This document shows positions 1-9,246 of a stretch of 64,000 nucleotides of DNA, piece by piece. This DNA is from Candidatus Nanohaloarchaea archaeon (GTDB lineage Archaea > Nanohalarchaeota > Nanosalinia > Nanosalinales > Nanosalinaceae). A model generated the notes under the pieces. The model made no database searches. It had not been told where the DNA came from and saw nothing but the letters and a program-made list of their open reading frames with translations. Positions within the stretch are counted from its first letter, which is position 1; each line of letters starts with the position of its first letter. Position numbers and translations under genes: made by a program. Location of the stretch: contig JBEQBC010000002.1 of assembly GCA_041640035.1 (NCBI GenBank), forward strand, positions 105,580-169,579. Direction: 5' to 3'.

Positions 1-64
1 GCACTGCCGAGCCAATCATTAAGGGAATAATTACTAACCCTATTACTTTTGTGAGGGACCACAT
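1..64 (-). CDS. 5' fragment (gene runs off the window start) of a paralogue of the 104..1579 membrane-anchored protein
   Basis: Minus-strand ATG at 62-64 reads MWSLTKVIGLVIIPLMIGSAV... This matches the N-terminal anchor MLSVKKIVVIVMIPLMFGGVILAG of the gene just upstream. Only 21 codons are visible. Confidence 0.35.
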   Translation of the reverse strand, partial: MWSLTKVIGLVIIPLMIGSAV

Positions 65-103
65 AACTATAGAATTGCTTTCTCTATTGTAAAAGGTACC
101 GGA

Positions 104-1579
104 TTAGACAGGCATCCAGCCTATTTCCCATATATGTGTAAGTAAATCTTCATCTCCACCCGTACCGCCTTCGTGGTTCCATCTATATCTTCTAGTCACA
201 CATTCATATTCTTCGCCTAGGTAATCTACGACCTGCCCCTCATTTGCGTCCGATAGACTGTCACAAGAGTAGGTGGTTCCACCGGAGCTAAGATCTCCAT
301 GGTATTCCAGATCAGGGTCAGGATAGAAATGCCGATTCTGGAGGCAGTTTGTTGCATTTACTTTTACTCTGATGAAGGTGAATGTGCGGCTTTCGAAACC
401 ACGGTACTCTCCAACAATCTTATTGTTTTTACCCCATACGGCTTCACCCTCATTCCATATGGTGTTCGCGTTTGTCTTTACATACCCTGATGCGCCTTCA
501 CATATGGCATACCAAACATCTCTTCTTGGAAAGTCTCCCCATCCGTCCCCACCATTATCGCCATAGTCACTTCCATCAACTTCTTCATCTATATTTTCTT
601 TTGTCAAGATAGGTGCCTCTATGATGGCATCGCTTTCAGCGCTTTGATGCTCATTAAATGGAGGACTATTACCATTAACTCCGTAATTAAGATCTTGAGG
701 GGACCCAGCTCCATCATCTGGGTAGGGAAGATAATCCATCCATTCGTTGGCCTCATAGAATTCAGGGCCTACATACTCCTCGTTATCAGCAGGACAGTTA
801 CCAACATAATTCAGGAATTGTGCTGCCCATACTCGACTACCTGAGTCTCTTCCGGGAAAGAATGTCTGAGCTGCTTCGAAAGTAATCTGTCCGTAACGAC
901 CTTCCATGTCATTTCCACGGTTCGATAGCCATCCCGGCTCTAATTTACAGGTCGCCATGTTCCATAGATCTTCCAAACCTCCCATCAGAGTTCCGAAAGT
1001 GAATTGGAAGGCAATACCTATCAAGTCGCCTTCTCTCAGTGCTTGAGATCTTTTATCTACAATATGATGACTTATCTCGTTACCTGTTCCCACGCATGTA
1101 GGTACGAAGTTGGATCTTTCCAAATAATTGAAGGGGCGATACCATCCTTCTCTGTCACCACTGGAGCGGTGTTGACGGCCAGGTATAGAATATTTGATCT
1201 TTTTTTCACTGTTTTGAGCTATCTTACTTGGCCATTCCCATCCTGATACATATTCAGAAACTCTTTGTCCCCCTATATCATCCTGACCGCTTTCTACCTC
1301 ACCATGAATCCAGTATAGAAGCTGGCAGTTAACAGCTGATATCTGACTATATATCACTAAATCCCTAAATTGTTCCTTCGCTCTTCGCTGACGCAAAGTC
1401 TCTCCCTCAGGAGATTGACCTATCACAATATGCCGAGCTTCCTGATTTATGTCCTGTCTCGCATTTTCCTGCCAGAAGTTGAGTTCATTCTCCTTCATTT
1501 GCTGGAGACCGGCTAATATGACTCCTCCAAACATCAGCGGAATCATTACTATAACAACAATCTTCTTTACAGATAACAT
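104..1579 (-). CDS. N-terminally membrane-anchored, probably extracytoplasmic protein of unknown function (491 aa, 8 Cys, W/G/N/Y-rich)
   Basis: Long ORF with a single N-terminal hydrophobic helix and no motif I recognise. Its ATG lies 1 nt after the stop of the pilin-like gene, so it is likely co-transcribed with the pilus-type genes. Confidence 0.6.
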   Translation of the reverse strand: MLSVKKIVVIVMIPLMFGGVILAGLQQMKENELNFWQENARQDINQEARHIVIGQSPEGETLRQRRAKEQFRDLVIYSQISAVNCQLLYWIHGEVESGQDDIGGQRVSEYVSGWEWPSKIAQNSEKKIKYSIPGRQHRSSGDREGWYRPFNYLERSNFVPTCVGTGNEISHHIVDKRSQALREGDLIGIAFQFTFGTLMGGLEDLWNMATCKLEPGWLSNRGNDMEGRYGQITFEAAQTFFPGRDSGSRVWAAQFLNYVGNCPADNEEYVGPEFYEANEWMDYLPYPDDGAGSPQDLNYGVNGNSPPFNEHQSAESDAIIEAPILTKENIDEEVDGSDYGDNGGDGWGDFPRRDVWYAICEGASGYVKTNANTIWNEGEAVWGKNNKIVGEYRGFESRTFTFIRVKVNATNCLQNRHFYPDPDLEYHGDLSSGGTTYSCDSLSDANEGQVVDYLGEEYECVTRRYRWNHEGGTGGDEDLLTHIWEIGWMPV

Positions 1580-1580
1580 G

Positions 1581-1796
1581 TTAACAAAGCTCTAAGCGGC
1601 CTCCAGTCATGTCTGCAATTACTGATGCTAGGTTGGTACATCCTGAGGCGGCTTCTCCTGATTTTTGGATTGCTGAGACAGTCATTGTTCCCAGAATAAG
1701 GAGCAAGAGTAAAGCAATTATTAGCCCTATTATAAATGGTACAGCCTGTACCCCTTTCCTGTGTGCTTTTACTTTCAGGGAAGGGTTGATTGCCAT
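1581..1796 (-). CDS. Small type IV pilin-like protein (candidate class III signal peptide)
   Basis: 71 aa. A basic leader MAINPSLKVKAHRKG is followed by the hydrophobic helix VQAVPFIIGLIIALLLLLILG, which is the archaeal prepilin pattern (K/R-G then hydrophobic). It lies directly downstream of the platform and ATPase genes. Confidence 0.5.
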   Translation of the reverse strand: MAINPSLKVKAHRKGVQAVPFIIGLIIALLLLLILGTMTVSAIQKSGEAASGCTNLASVIADMTGGRLELC

Positions 1797-1871
1797 GTTG
1801 ACATAAACGCGGCGATCAGTATTAAAGCTAATGCCAGCCCTATCATCGCATTTATCCCAAGTTCTGCTTTT

Positions 1872-4055
1872 CTAGACTGCACCCATCTCACCCACCATTC
1901 CACCGAACATCAGAGACACTATAAGTAAAGTCATGGTATAGAACATGAGTCCGGCAATCATAACTTTTCCGATAAACATATTTCTGTAAGTCTCGTTCTC
2001 TCCCTTCGTAATCTTCATGTAGAAGGTTCCAAGCAGGTATAGAAGTTGAATTAAATACAACCCTACAACGAGCTGCAGAAGTTCTGGCGGGATAGCCTCA
2101 TCCAGATTTCCTAGGATCCCTCCGAAGCTGGATACACCTCCGCCTCCAGGAGCTCCGGCAGGGCCGCCACCTGAACCTATACCCGCGTTAGCTTCTTGGA
2201 AGGATGATGATAATCCAAACATAGAGGTTATGATTGTCTGGCTCATTCCTACCGCTACTCCTGATACAACTGGTGCAAGCATGTATGCAAGCATCTGGAT
2301 AGTGGTTGTAGTATCTTCCATCAAATCGTTAAGCTTTTCCTGCGTCTCATGGATGTTCTCCAGATATCTCGAAATCGTAAGCATCGCCTGAGAGGCCATC
2401 TTATTTCCTTTCTCTGATGAACGGATTATAGCCCGCATTACTGTCGATATTAGCTGGCTTGGGAACTCATGTACTGCTCCGTACTGATCATCAAACAGAG
2501 ATTCCTCAAATGTCATACCCATTCTGTGAATATTTGCTGATGCCGAGTTGAACAACTGAGAGATCTCCATATCTGATGTTGCCTCCGCTGCATCCTCCAA
2601 TGCGACTTCTATAGGTGTTCCACCCGATATCTTGTTTCCAAGCTGGAACAGTGCTGTTGGGAACTGTTTCTCGATGCTATGGATTTCCTCTTCAGCTGCC
2701 TTACGCTCCATGTTCCCAAGTACTTTAGAAACCCCTATCCCAAGCCCCAAACCTAGTGTTATTGAAACACTCCTGAGCAACATCGGTAGCGGCGCCAGAG
2801 AACCATCCGATACAAAAATACCTGGAACAGCTGCAGGATCAATATCCGAGACAGGATAGAAAGCCGGGAATGCCAGATATCCTAGGAACCCATAGGCTGA
2901 TATAACCATGAATATTGCTGCACCTATCATCCAAGTGGGTATCTCCAGTTCAGAGTCGATAAGTTCTATCCTGTAGATCCCACGCTCAGGAAGCCGTTCC
3001 TCATCAGTTGAAGAGCTTGATGATACCGTTGGAGGTCGGGAGCTAAGCACTCTCTGCATGAATACATACAGGGAGGCAGGAAGCATGATGTTAAATAGTA
3101 TAATTAGATGCATAGGCGTTATAGCGTCCCCCATAAAGACCGAGATAAGTGGGAGCATAATCATCGCAAGTACAGGCAGCATAGCTCCTAATGCGTTCAG
3201 TATCATGACCGGCGTTTTCAACCCCTGAGCGTAGTGCTTCATCTCTTCCCGGGTTCCATCCAGAATGGTATCAATAGCGTCCTGAAGCATATCATTCCTT
3301 CTTTCCGCGTTTGGTTCATTCATTGAGCCTTTGATCAGGTTCAGAGACTGCAGGAAGTCGTCATTGTAGTCTTTCCATTTCTTGGTGTAGTTCTCGAGAG
3401 ATGTCTCTACATTTGAGTATTCTCCAACCTCTACATTCCATAGCACCTCTTTCAGATCGTCTGAGATAGGTCCATCTAAGTTCAGTGCCGCAAAACGTAG
3501 AGCTCCTTCCAAATTTGGACTCGAACGCATGTATACAACCATGTAGAGTATTGCAAGGATCATCTCTCCGCTGCTCCGGATCACCTTGTTTTTGGCCTCG
3601 AATTTAGGCTTGTAGAAGATGAATACTGCTACGCCAAACGGAATAATAGCCGATATCGCCATCAATGAAACAGGTATAATAGCTCCAAGTAGCATGTTTA
3701 CCGCAAATACGAACATCCAGGTAAGAAAACCTATTATTGCAGCTCCTACAGTTCCTGAGAGAACCTGACCTGGCGTAATCTGCCATCCAAGAAGATTGAT
3801 AGCTGGATTCAGTTTATTAATTGTGCTTTCGTCTGCTTCAAGATTGAGGTAGCCTGCCATTCTGTGGCAGAACTTTTCATATTTAGATATCTGTCGGGCG
3901 TCTTTCTCTTCTTCCTTAAATTCCTTGTATCTTTTTGAGTACAGGCTGTGACGGTTGTTGTCGTATGGAGGGAGTTGGAGATCTTTGTCTATATCGTTGA
4001 TGATGTTCTCTATATCTTCTTTTTCTTCTTCTCCTATTCCCTCTTCATCTCTCAA
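1872..4055 (-). CDS. FlaJ/TadC/PilC-type polytopic membrane platform protein of a type IV pilus-like machine
   Basis: 727 aa. An acidic cytoplasmic N-terminus is followed by two blocks of TM helices separated by soluble helical segments (duplicated T2SS-F-like layout). TTG start 7 nt after the ATPase stop, preceded by an AGGTG SD. Adjacent to the secretion ATPase. Confidence 0.65.
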   Translation of the reverse strand: MRDEEGIGEEEKEDIENIINDIDKDLQLPPYDNNRHSLYSKRYKEFKEEEKDARQISKYEKFCHRMAGYLNLEADESTINKLNPAINLLGWQITPGQVLSGTVGAAIIGFLTWMFVFAVNMLLGAIIPVSLMAISAIIPFGVAVFIFYKPKFEAKNKVIRSSGEMILAILYMVVYMRSSPNLEGALRFAALNLDGPISDDLKEVLWNVEVGEYSNVETSLENYTKKWKDYNDDFLQSLNLIKGSMNEPNAERRNDMLQDAIDTILDGTREEMKHYAQGLKTPVMILNALGAMLPVLAMIMLPLISVFMGDAITPMHLIILFNIMLPASLYVFMQRVLSSRPPTVSSSSSTDEERLPERGIYRIELIDSELEIPTWMIGAAIFMVISAYGFLGYLAFPAFYPVSDIDPAAVPGIFVSDGSLAPLPMLLRSVSITLGLGLGIGVSKVLGNMERKAAEEEIHSIEKQFPTALFQLGNKISGGTPIEVALEDAAEATSDMEISQLFNSASANIHRMGMTFEESLFDDQYGAVHEFPSQLISTVMRAIIRSSEKGNKMASQAMLTISRYLENIHETQEKLNDLMEDTTTTIQMLAYMLAPVVSGVAVGMSQTIITSMFGLSSSFQEANAGIGSGGGPAGAPGGGGVSSFGGILGNLDEAIPPELLQLVVGLYLIQLLYLLGTFYMKITKGENETYRNMFIGKVMIAGLMFYTMTLLIVSLMFGGMVGEMGAV

Positions 4056-4061
4056 TCCGTA

Positions 4062-6326
4062 TTACACCTGTCTTTCCAGCCATTCTTCCCATCGAGCCAT
4101 TATTCTCTCGGTTTCTTGCCCGCCATATTCTTTCCTTACGTCTTCAGCTATAGTATGGTACTTCTGATTTGCTTTTACAACGAACTCTGCTTCCAGAAGC
4201 TCATCGTTACCTGTTTCATCTGCTTTATCAGCGATTTTCTGCTTCATGTCTTTTCTCAGTTGGATATTGTCCCATACTGCTTCCCAGTTGTTCTTCCATT
4301 CACGGATATTGGAGGCGATACGGTTCAGGATAAGTGATTCGCCGTTCAGAAGTGTATCCGTTGGAACGAGTTCGTCCTTGTTGCTGTCATAACGCATAAG
4401 TTCAACGAAGGCATTCTCTTCTTGTGGGTCGTCTGTCCAGGATTTTCTGACCTCTGTGATACCTGTTACTCTTCTATATGTTTCCAGGCCGTCAGGGCTT
4501 CTAATCTTGTTGACTGATACGATGATATCTGTAGCTTTGAAAGAAGTTTTCGGTACATTTAGGTCGTTGACCACTCGGTCGAATACGGAATATGCGTCTT
4601 CTCCGTGGATTGTTCCTCCAACGAAGTTCGCGACTGCTCCTACACGCATAGCCTCGTAAAGTGCCTGAGCTTCATCCGATCTTACTTCTCCGATGACAAG
4701 TGCTGAGTCTCCTAACCGGAGTGATGTTCTGATTGCTTCATCTGCTCCTAACTCACTTTCGTTCTGAGTAATTACGGACTGTGATTTCATCCTTTCGATG
4801 TTGTATCCGAGGTCTTTCATCTGCGGAATCGGTAGCTCTAGAGTGTCCTCTACTGTGACTATACGGTGGTTTTTCATGATTTCGAGCATGGATGCTGATA
4901 GTATGGATGTTTTTCCTGCTCCTCTTGTCCCTGCGAATAGTACGGACCGGTTTCCGTCGACGATGAATGATAGTAGTGCGGCTCCGAGTGCATTGATCAT
5001 GCCGTTGTTGACGAATAATGGTAGTGTCCATGCTCTTGATCGGTGTCGTCGGAAAGCGAACGCTAATCCTTCGGGTGATAGGCTTTCCTGGATGACTGCT
5101 ACTCGTGCTCGTCCTCCTTCGACCTCTGTCTCAGTGTCCAGTACCGGGTTGGCTTCGTCGAGTGGTCGGCCTGACTGTATTCTGAACCGGGTTGCCCATG
5201 ACTCTGCCTCGTCTCTTGTCGGTATCAGGTTGGTTTTGCATTCCTCGTAGTCCTGATGGCTGATGTACATCGGTGAGTCTCCGATCGGGGAGTTGATGTA
5301 GACATCCTGCACTTTCGGGTCAGAAAGCAGAAGTTCGAGTACTCCGAGTCCGGAGGTGTACCTGTTTAGTATGCTTGTTAGTTCTTCGAGTTCTTCCATC
5401 TCTAGGTTCATGTCCATTTGTGCGGCGATATCTCTGAGCATGTCTTTTCCGATGTTCTCGAATACATCACGCATTCTTTCCGGCTGAGCGAACTCTCCGG
5501 ACTCCGGTTTATGTGACGCCATATATCTCCTGGCTGCGTCAAGCAGCTTGTACTTCTCTTCAGAAAGGTTGAACTCCGGCGGATCGATGTGGTATACTGG
5601 CCGGGTTTTTCCTGGTACGCGGTAGATGGTTACTTCTACATCGTTCCGAGCTTCGTACCGGTCGATCTCCTCTCCTTTTTCGGGAGGGAGGCTCATGAAC
5701 TTCGTAAGCATGAAGTTAGGCCGAACCAGAGGGTGGAAGAACTCTCTGTATACATCCCTGTCCCCTACATGGAATCCTGTAATGTACTCTTGTGCCTGAT
5801 CGATTATCTGGCAATCTTCTATTCTTTCTCTTATAGGCTTGAGAACATCCTGTACGAAGTATTTGTTGCATCTCTTCTGCTGTGGGTAACCTTCCTTCAT
5901 TTTCTGTTTCATGTGGCGCTCTTTTCTCTTTATCTTGACATATGCGCCGACAGGATCTCTTCTAAGCCTGTCTAGCACTATTTTCTGTACTTCAGGTAGT
6001 TCTTCTGAGTAGAGTTCCTGGCATTTCTTTCTGTCGATGTCCTGTGACAGGTAGCCCTGATTGGCTATGTCTTCTATGGCTGTTGAGATTTCTTTCAATA
6101 GTTCTATCTGTTCTTCGGTGTATTCGTAGTCTCTGGATTCTGATAGTACTACGGAGCTGGCTCCTGGTACTTCTTCTAATATGTCTACTACTCTTCCCAT
6201 TACTTCGGGGTAGTCCTCTATTGAGGCTCCGTAGACTGATCCCAAGGTGTTCACTTCTATTGTGCCGGATTCTTCGTCGTATTCGTAGTCGAAGATGTCT
6301 TTGTCTGAAGGGGGCATACCAAGCAT
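4062..6326 (-). CDS. Type II/IV secretion-family ATPase (FlaI/PilB/VirB11-like) with a long N-terminal extension
   Basis: Walker A FAGTRGAGKTS, Walker B region LGDSALVIGEVRSDEA, then GGTIHGED. 754 aa. Confidence 0.85.
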   Translation of the reverse strand: MLGMPPSDKDIFDYEYDEESGTIEVNTLGSVYGASIEDYPEVMGRVVDILEEVPGASSVVLSESRDYEYTEEQIELLKEISTAIEDIANQGYLSQDIDRKKCQELYSEELPEVQKIVLDRLRRDPVGAYVKIKRKERHMKQKMKEGYPQQKRCNKYFVQDVLKPIRERIEDCQIIDQAQEYITGFHVGDRDVYREFFHPLVRPNFMLTKFMSLPPEKGEEIDRYEARNDVEVTIYRVPGKTRPVYHIDPPEFNLSEEKYKLLDAARRYMASHKPESGEFAQPERMRDVFENIGKDMLRDIAAQMDMNLEMEELEELTSILNRYTSGLGVLELLLSDPKVQDVYINSPIGDSPMYISHQDYEECKTNLIPTRDEAESWATRFRIQSGRPLDEANPVLDTETEVEGGRARVAVIQESLSPEGLAFAFRRHRSRAWTLPLFVNNGMINALGAALLSFIVDGNRSVLFAGTRGAGKTSILSASMLEIMKNHRIVTVEDTLELPIPQMKDLGYNIERMKSQSVITQNESELGADEAIRTSLRLGDSALVIGEVRSDEAQALYEAMRVGAVANFVGGTIHGEDAYSVFDRVVNDLNVPKTSFKATDIIVSVNKIRSPDGLETYRRVTGITEVRKSWTDDPQEENAFVELMRYDSNKDELVPTDTLLNGESLILNRIASNIREWKNNWEAVWDNIQLRKDMKQKIADKADETGNDELLEAEFVVKANQKYHTIAEDVRKEYGGQETERIMARWEEWLERQV

Positions 6327-6359
6327 TATTATTCGGGGTTTCCTAAATTAAAAGATACG

Positions 6360-6770
6360 ATGCCAGATCAAGACCTGATCAACCAGATTATTAACCGGGT
6401 GAACGATTTCAACCGGCGGATGAGAGACCTGGAGGAGAAAATCCGGAACCTGACTGCCCGAGTTAATACTCTTGACGATACGATTATGAACAAGACCAAG
6501 ACCCTGAATAATGACTTACAGGAACTGGATGACGAGATAGGAGAGCTCAGCGATCGTATCGCAAACCTAGAGGTCGATGTAAAGGAAATCAACCGTGAAA
6601 AGCGTAAGTATGTGAGCCAGCAGGAACTTGAGGAGATGGAGAACTACATGGATCTCATGAACCCTGTGAATTCTAATTTCACGACTGAGAAGCAGGTTGA
6701 TCAGAAGATCGAGAACAATTCACTAAGCCAAGAGGAAGTTGAGAAACTGATTGAGCAGAAGATGAATTAA
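6360..6770 (+). CDS. Acidic coiled-coil protein, unknown function
   Basis: 136 aa, heptad-rich (DLEEKIRNLTARVNTLDD..., IANLEVDVKEINREK). Divergent from the ATPase gene, with only 33 nt between the two start codons. Confidence 0.5.
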   Translation: MPDQDLINQIINRVNDFNRRMRDLEEKIRNLTARVNTLDDTIMNKTKTLNNDLQELDDEIGELSDRIANLEVDVKEINREKRKYVSQQELEEMENYMDLMNPVNSNFTTEKQVDQKIENNSLSQEEVEKLIEQKMN

Positions 6771-6829
6771 AGTGTGTATGATTTAATAACGGGCGGAACC
6801 AAAATGTTTTCTAGAGGTAATCCTGATAA

Positions 6830-7753
6830 ATGAAATTTGAACTTTTTGGACGCCTCGGCGACGACAACGAGACCGGAGATCAGCAAGCAGAAGACTCAGG
6901 AGGATTTAATGCCGGATACGATGACGAAGGAGGCGACTTCCAGACAGGCGGAGACCTAGATAGAACGGTTCAGAACCTGTTCGACCAGGGTTACTCGGAA
7001 GACGAGATCAAGAATGAACTGCAGGGACAATACTCTGCGACAGAAGTTTCTCAGGCAATTAATCGCGTTGTAACTTCTAACGCCACAGGAAACGCCAATA
7101 ATAGTGGTGGCAGCGGAAATAGTGATGGACCTGAGCCTATGACTCCTTATCAGGGAGATGAAGATGCGGTCAGTCCTATGGACGAAGGTTATGACGGAGA
7201 TGACCAAAATGGTGGTGGAGGCGGAAACAGTATGGAAAACAATATGAACCAGAACAACAATCAGAATACTATGATGCAAGGGCAGCAAAACCAGCAGTCT
7301 CAACAGCAGCAACAGCAACCTCTGCAGTCAGGAGGTCAGAGCCAGAAAGGAAGCGCTAACTCTGGTAATGTAGATCCTGCTGTAGAAGAACTTATTGAAA
7401 CTATAATCGCAGAGAACTTCGAGAAGGTTGAAGCAGAGTTCCATAATGTTTACGACGAACTTGATACCTTCGCAGATGAAATCGAAGACCTGAAGCAAAG
7501 AGTGCACGATCTTGAGGTCAGAGATGACGAGGATCAACAGCAGTTCGTTCAGAAGATCGACGAGGTTGAAGAACATATCGATGAGTACGAGTCCCGTATC
7601 GGAGGACTTGAGAAAGCCTTCCAGCAGGTACTTCCATCACTCGTTGACAATGTAAGAGAGCTTACAGACCTTGTCCAAGATCTGAAGGATGAAGGAGATG
7701 TGAGCGAAGGAGACTTCGAGGACATGGACATGGAAAGTCTCAAGAACGAATAA
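6830..7753 (+). CDS. Acidic protein with a Q/N-rich low-complexity core and a C-terminal coiled coil, unknown function
   Basis: 307 aa. Gly/Asp-rich N-terminus, the stretch NNMNQNNNQNTMMQGQQNQQSQQQQQQPLQ, then a heptad-rich tail (EIEDLKQRVHDLEVRDDEDQQQFVQKIDEVEEHIDEYESRIGGLEKA). Confidence 0.5.
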   Translation: MKFELFGRLGDDNETGDQQAEDSGGFNAGYDDEGGDFQTGGDLDRTVQNLFDQGYSEDEIKNELQGQYSATEVSQAINRVVTSNATGNANNSGGSGNSDGPEPMTPYQGDEDAVSPMDEGYDGDDQNGGGGGNSMENNMNQNNNQNTMMQGQQNQQSQQQQQQPLQSGGQSQKGSANSGNVDPAVEELIETIIAENFEKVEAEFHNVYDELDTFADEIEDLKQRVHDLEVRDDEDQQQFVQKIDEVEEHIDEYESRIGGLEKAFQQVLPSLVDNVRELTDLVQDLKDEGDVSEGDFEDMDMESLKNE

Positions 7754-7817
7754 GAATTCCTTCTCGTTTTCTATTTCCCAAATTTTTCTCTTTCTAAACA
7801 ATTCTTTCTAAATAAAA

Positions 7818-7846
7818 TCTAGTTGAGAGAAGAAACTAGAGTTTTT
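7818..7846. terminator. Hairpin plus T-run between convergent genes (candidate bidirectional terminator)
   Basis: tctagtt (7818-7824) pairs with aactaga (7834-7840) around a 9-nt loop, followed by gttttt. The reverse strand also ends in a T-run. Confidence 0.3.
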
Positions 7847-7847
7847 C

Positions 7848-8360
7848 CTATTCTGACTGTCCTGCTGTCAGAGCCACGAGAGCTACTATCATCAGCAGTA
7901 TAAGTATTGGCATGACTACTTCCTCGAATATCTTGCTCCAGTTCTCTATGTCCGGAATGATGTTGGGTATTCCGAAGAAGTTAGATATTATAGCAAGTAG
8001 TGCTACTACAAATATTCCTGCACCAAGAATGAGAGGTAGGGATCTATCATTATCCTGAAGGTTCTCCAAGTCATATCCTGCTACTCCGAGCACGATCATC
8101 AGGCCGATTACCGCGAAGATGCCGAAAGTAGCTGCTGCAACTACATTAGTCAGAAGTCCTGCCGGAATAAACATGTAAGCTCCTCCACCAGCCATGAAAG
8201 CTATAGCTAGAGATATCGAGCCATTGACAAACTCATCTTCACTTATGAAATGGTATTTCTCTAGCACACCGTAACTTACTGCTAGTACGAGTAACCATGG
8301 GAAGAAGAATCTGAATATCTGCATTTCTGCCATGGTCTGGATTATCTGCTCGAAAACCAT
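7848..8360 (-). CDS. Polytopic membrane protein, paralogue of 8368..8979
   Basis: 170 aa. IIQTMAEMQIFRFFFPWLLVLAVSYGVLEK aligns with LLEIMAENGFFSGLLPFVVAYVLFFLTLKR. VIGLMIVLGVAGYDL aligns with VIGLLGLLVVLAFIGLDI. Confidence 0.6.
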   Translation of the reverse strand: MVFEQIIQTMAEMQIFRFFFPWLLVLAVSYGVLEKYHFISEDEFVNGSISLAIAFMAGGGAYMFIPAGLLTNVVAAATFGIFAVIGLMIVLGVAGYDLENLQDNDRSLPLILGAGIFVVALLAIISNFFGIPNIIPDIENWSKIFEEVVMPILILLMIVALVALTAGQSE

Positions 8361-8367
8361 GACTGGT

Positions 8368-8979
8368 TTATCCTCCTCCGGAGCCGCCGGCTAGTTCATC
8401 GAACAGTTTTCCAGGCGAGAAACTACTACCGGCGTCAGGATCTGACAGTGTCCAGTAGATCAGCCCTGCTACTACCAGTACCCATATTAGTCCTGAATCA
8501 ACTGTGAAGTTGATGAACTGTTCCAAGCCCTCACTGTTGATGTTATCCGGTATGAATATTCTTCCTCCTCCTGTTACGAAGAAGGCCAGTACTACGATAC
8601 CAGTTAGTATCAATCCGTAGATACCTCTGGACTCACTGTCTCCAGTGCCGATATCTAGGCCGATGAATGCTAGTACGACCAGTAACCCGAGCAATCCTAT
8701 TACGGATACTGCTATTGCTCCAAGGTACTCTACGAAGAAAGTCTGGTAGGCTGGGTTCCTTACGAGGAACTGTGCTACGAAGAATGCGAATACTACTGAA
8801 AGCGTCGCTGCGAACTTGTTGTCTCCGTCCTCTTCCTCGAATAGAGGTATTCGTTTGAGTGTGAGGAAGAAGAGTACATATGCCACTACGAAGGGCAGGA
8901 GACCTGAGAAGAATCCGTTCTCCGCCATTATTTCTAGGAGGTTGTTGAACCCTCCTGCACCTGCGTCGTGGCTAGTCAC
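8368..8979 (-). CDS. Polytopic membrane protein, paralogue of 7848..8360, with a Gly-rich C-terminus (GGSGGG)
   Basis: 203 aa with a GTG start. The TM pattern matches the downstream paralogue. Confidence 0.6.
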   Translation of the reverse strand: MTSHDAGAGGFNNLLEIMAENGFFSGLLPFVVAYVLFFLTLKRIPLFEEEDGDNKFAATLSVVFAFFVAQFLVRNPAYQTFFVEYLGAIAVSVIGLLGLLVVLAFIGLDIGTGDSESRGIYGLILTGIVVLAFFVTGGGRIFIPDNINSEGLEQFINFTVDSGLIWVLVVAGLIYWTLSDPDAGSSFSPGKLFDELAGGSGGG

Positions 8980-8985
8980 TTTCTA

Positions 8986-9243
8986 TTATTCACCTTGTTG
9001 ATCTAGGTAGTGGCTTACTTTTCGGTTTAGTAGCCATAGTTCTCTACCTATGATCATTAGTCCAAGCATGACGATCCATGGCTGGATGTCTCTTCCGAAT
9101 GATACCATGGTTGCTTCCTGTGATGAGTAGAATGCTGTCCATAGAGCTACCGCGATCGCTCCGAATGATAGGATTACGATTACGAGTTCGTCTAGGATGT
9201 TTTCTACATTGTATAGGTAGTTTCGGAATCTTTTGGAGTCCAT
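8986..9243 (-). CDS. Small two-TM membrane protein, unknown function
   Basis: 85 aa with two hydrophobic helices (LVIVILSFGAIAVALWTAF and WIVMLGLMIIG). Tightly packed in the operon. Confidence 0.5.
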   Translation of the reverse strand: MDSKRFRNYLYNVENILDELVIVILSFGAIAVALWTAFYSSQEATMVSFGRDIQPWIVMLGLMIIGRELWLLNRKVSHYLDQQGE

Positions 9244-9246
9244 AGT

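Noticed and set aside
1797-1871. 23-codon hydrophobic mini-ORF (MIGLALALILIAAFMSTWQSTLP) between the platform and pilin genes
   Set aside because: It is very short, it overlaps the pilin start in another frame, and it has no SD or paralogue. It probably results from the AT-rich spacer composition.
1872-6326. Interpreting the ATPase/platform pair as an archaellum (motility) operon
   Set aside because: No archaellin genes and no FlaF/FlaG/FlaH-like genes flank the pair in this window. The only filament-subunit candidate is a 71-aa mini-pilin.
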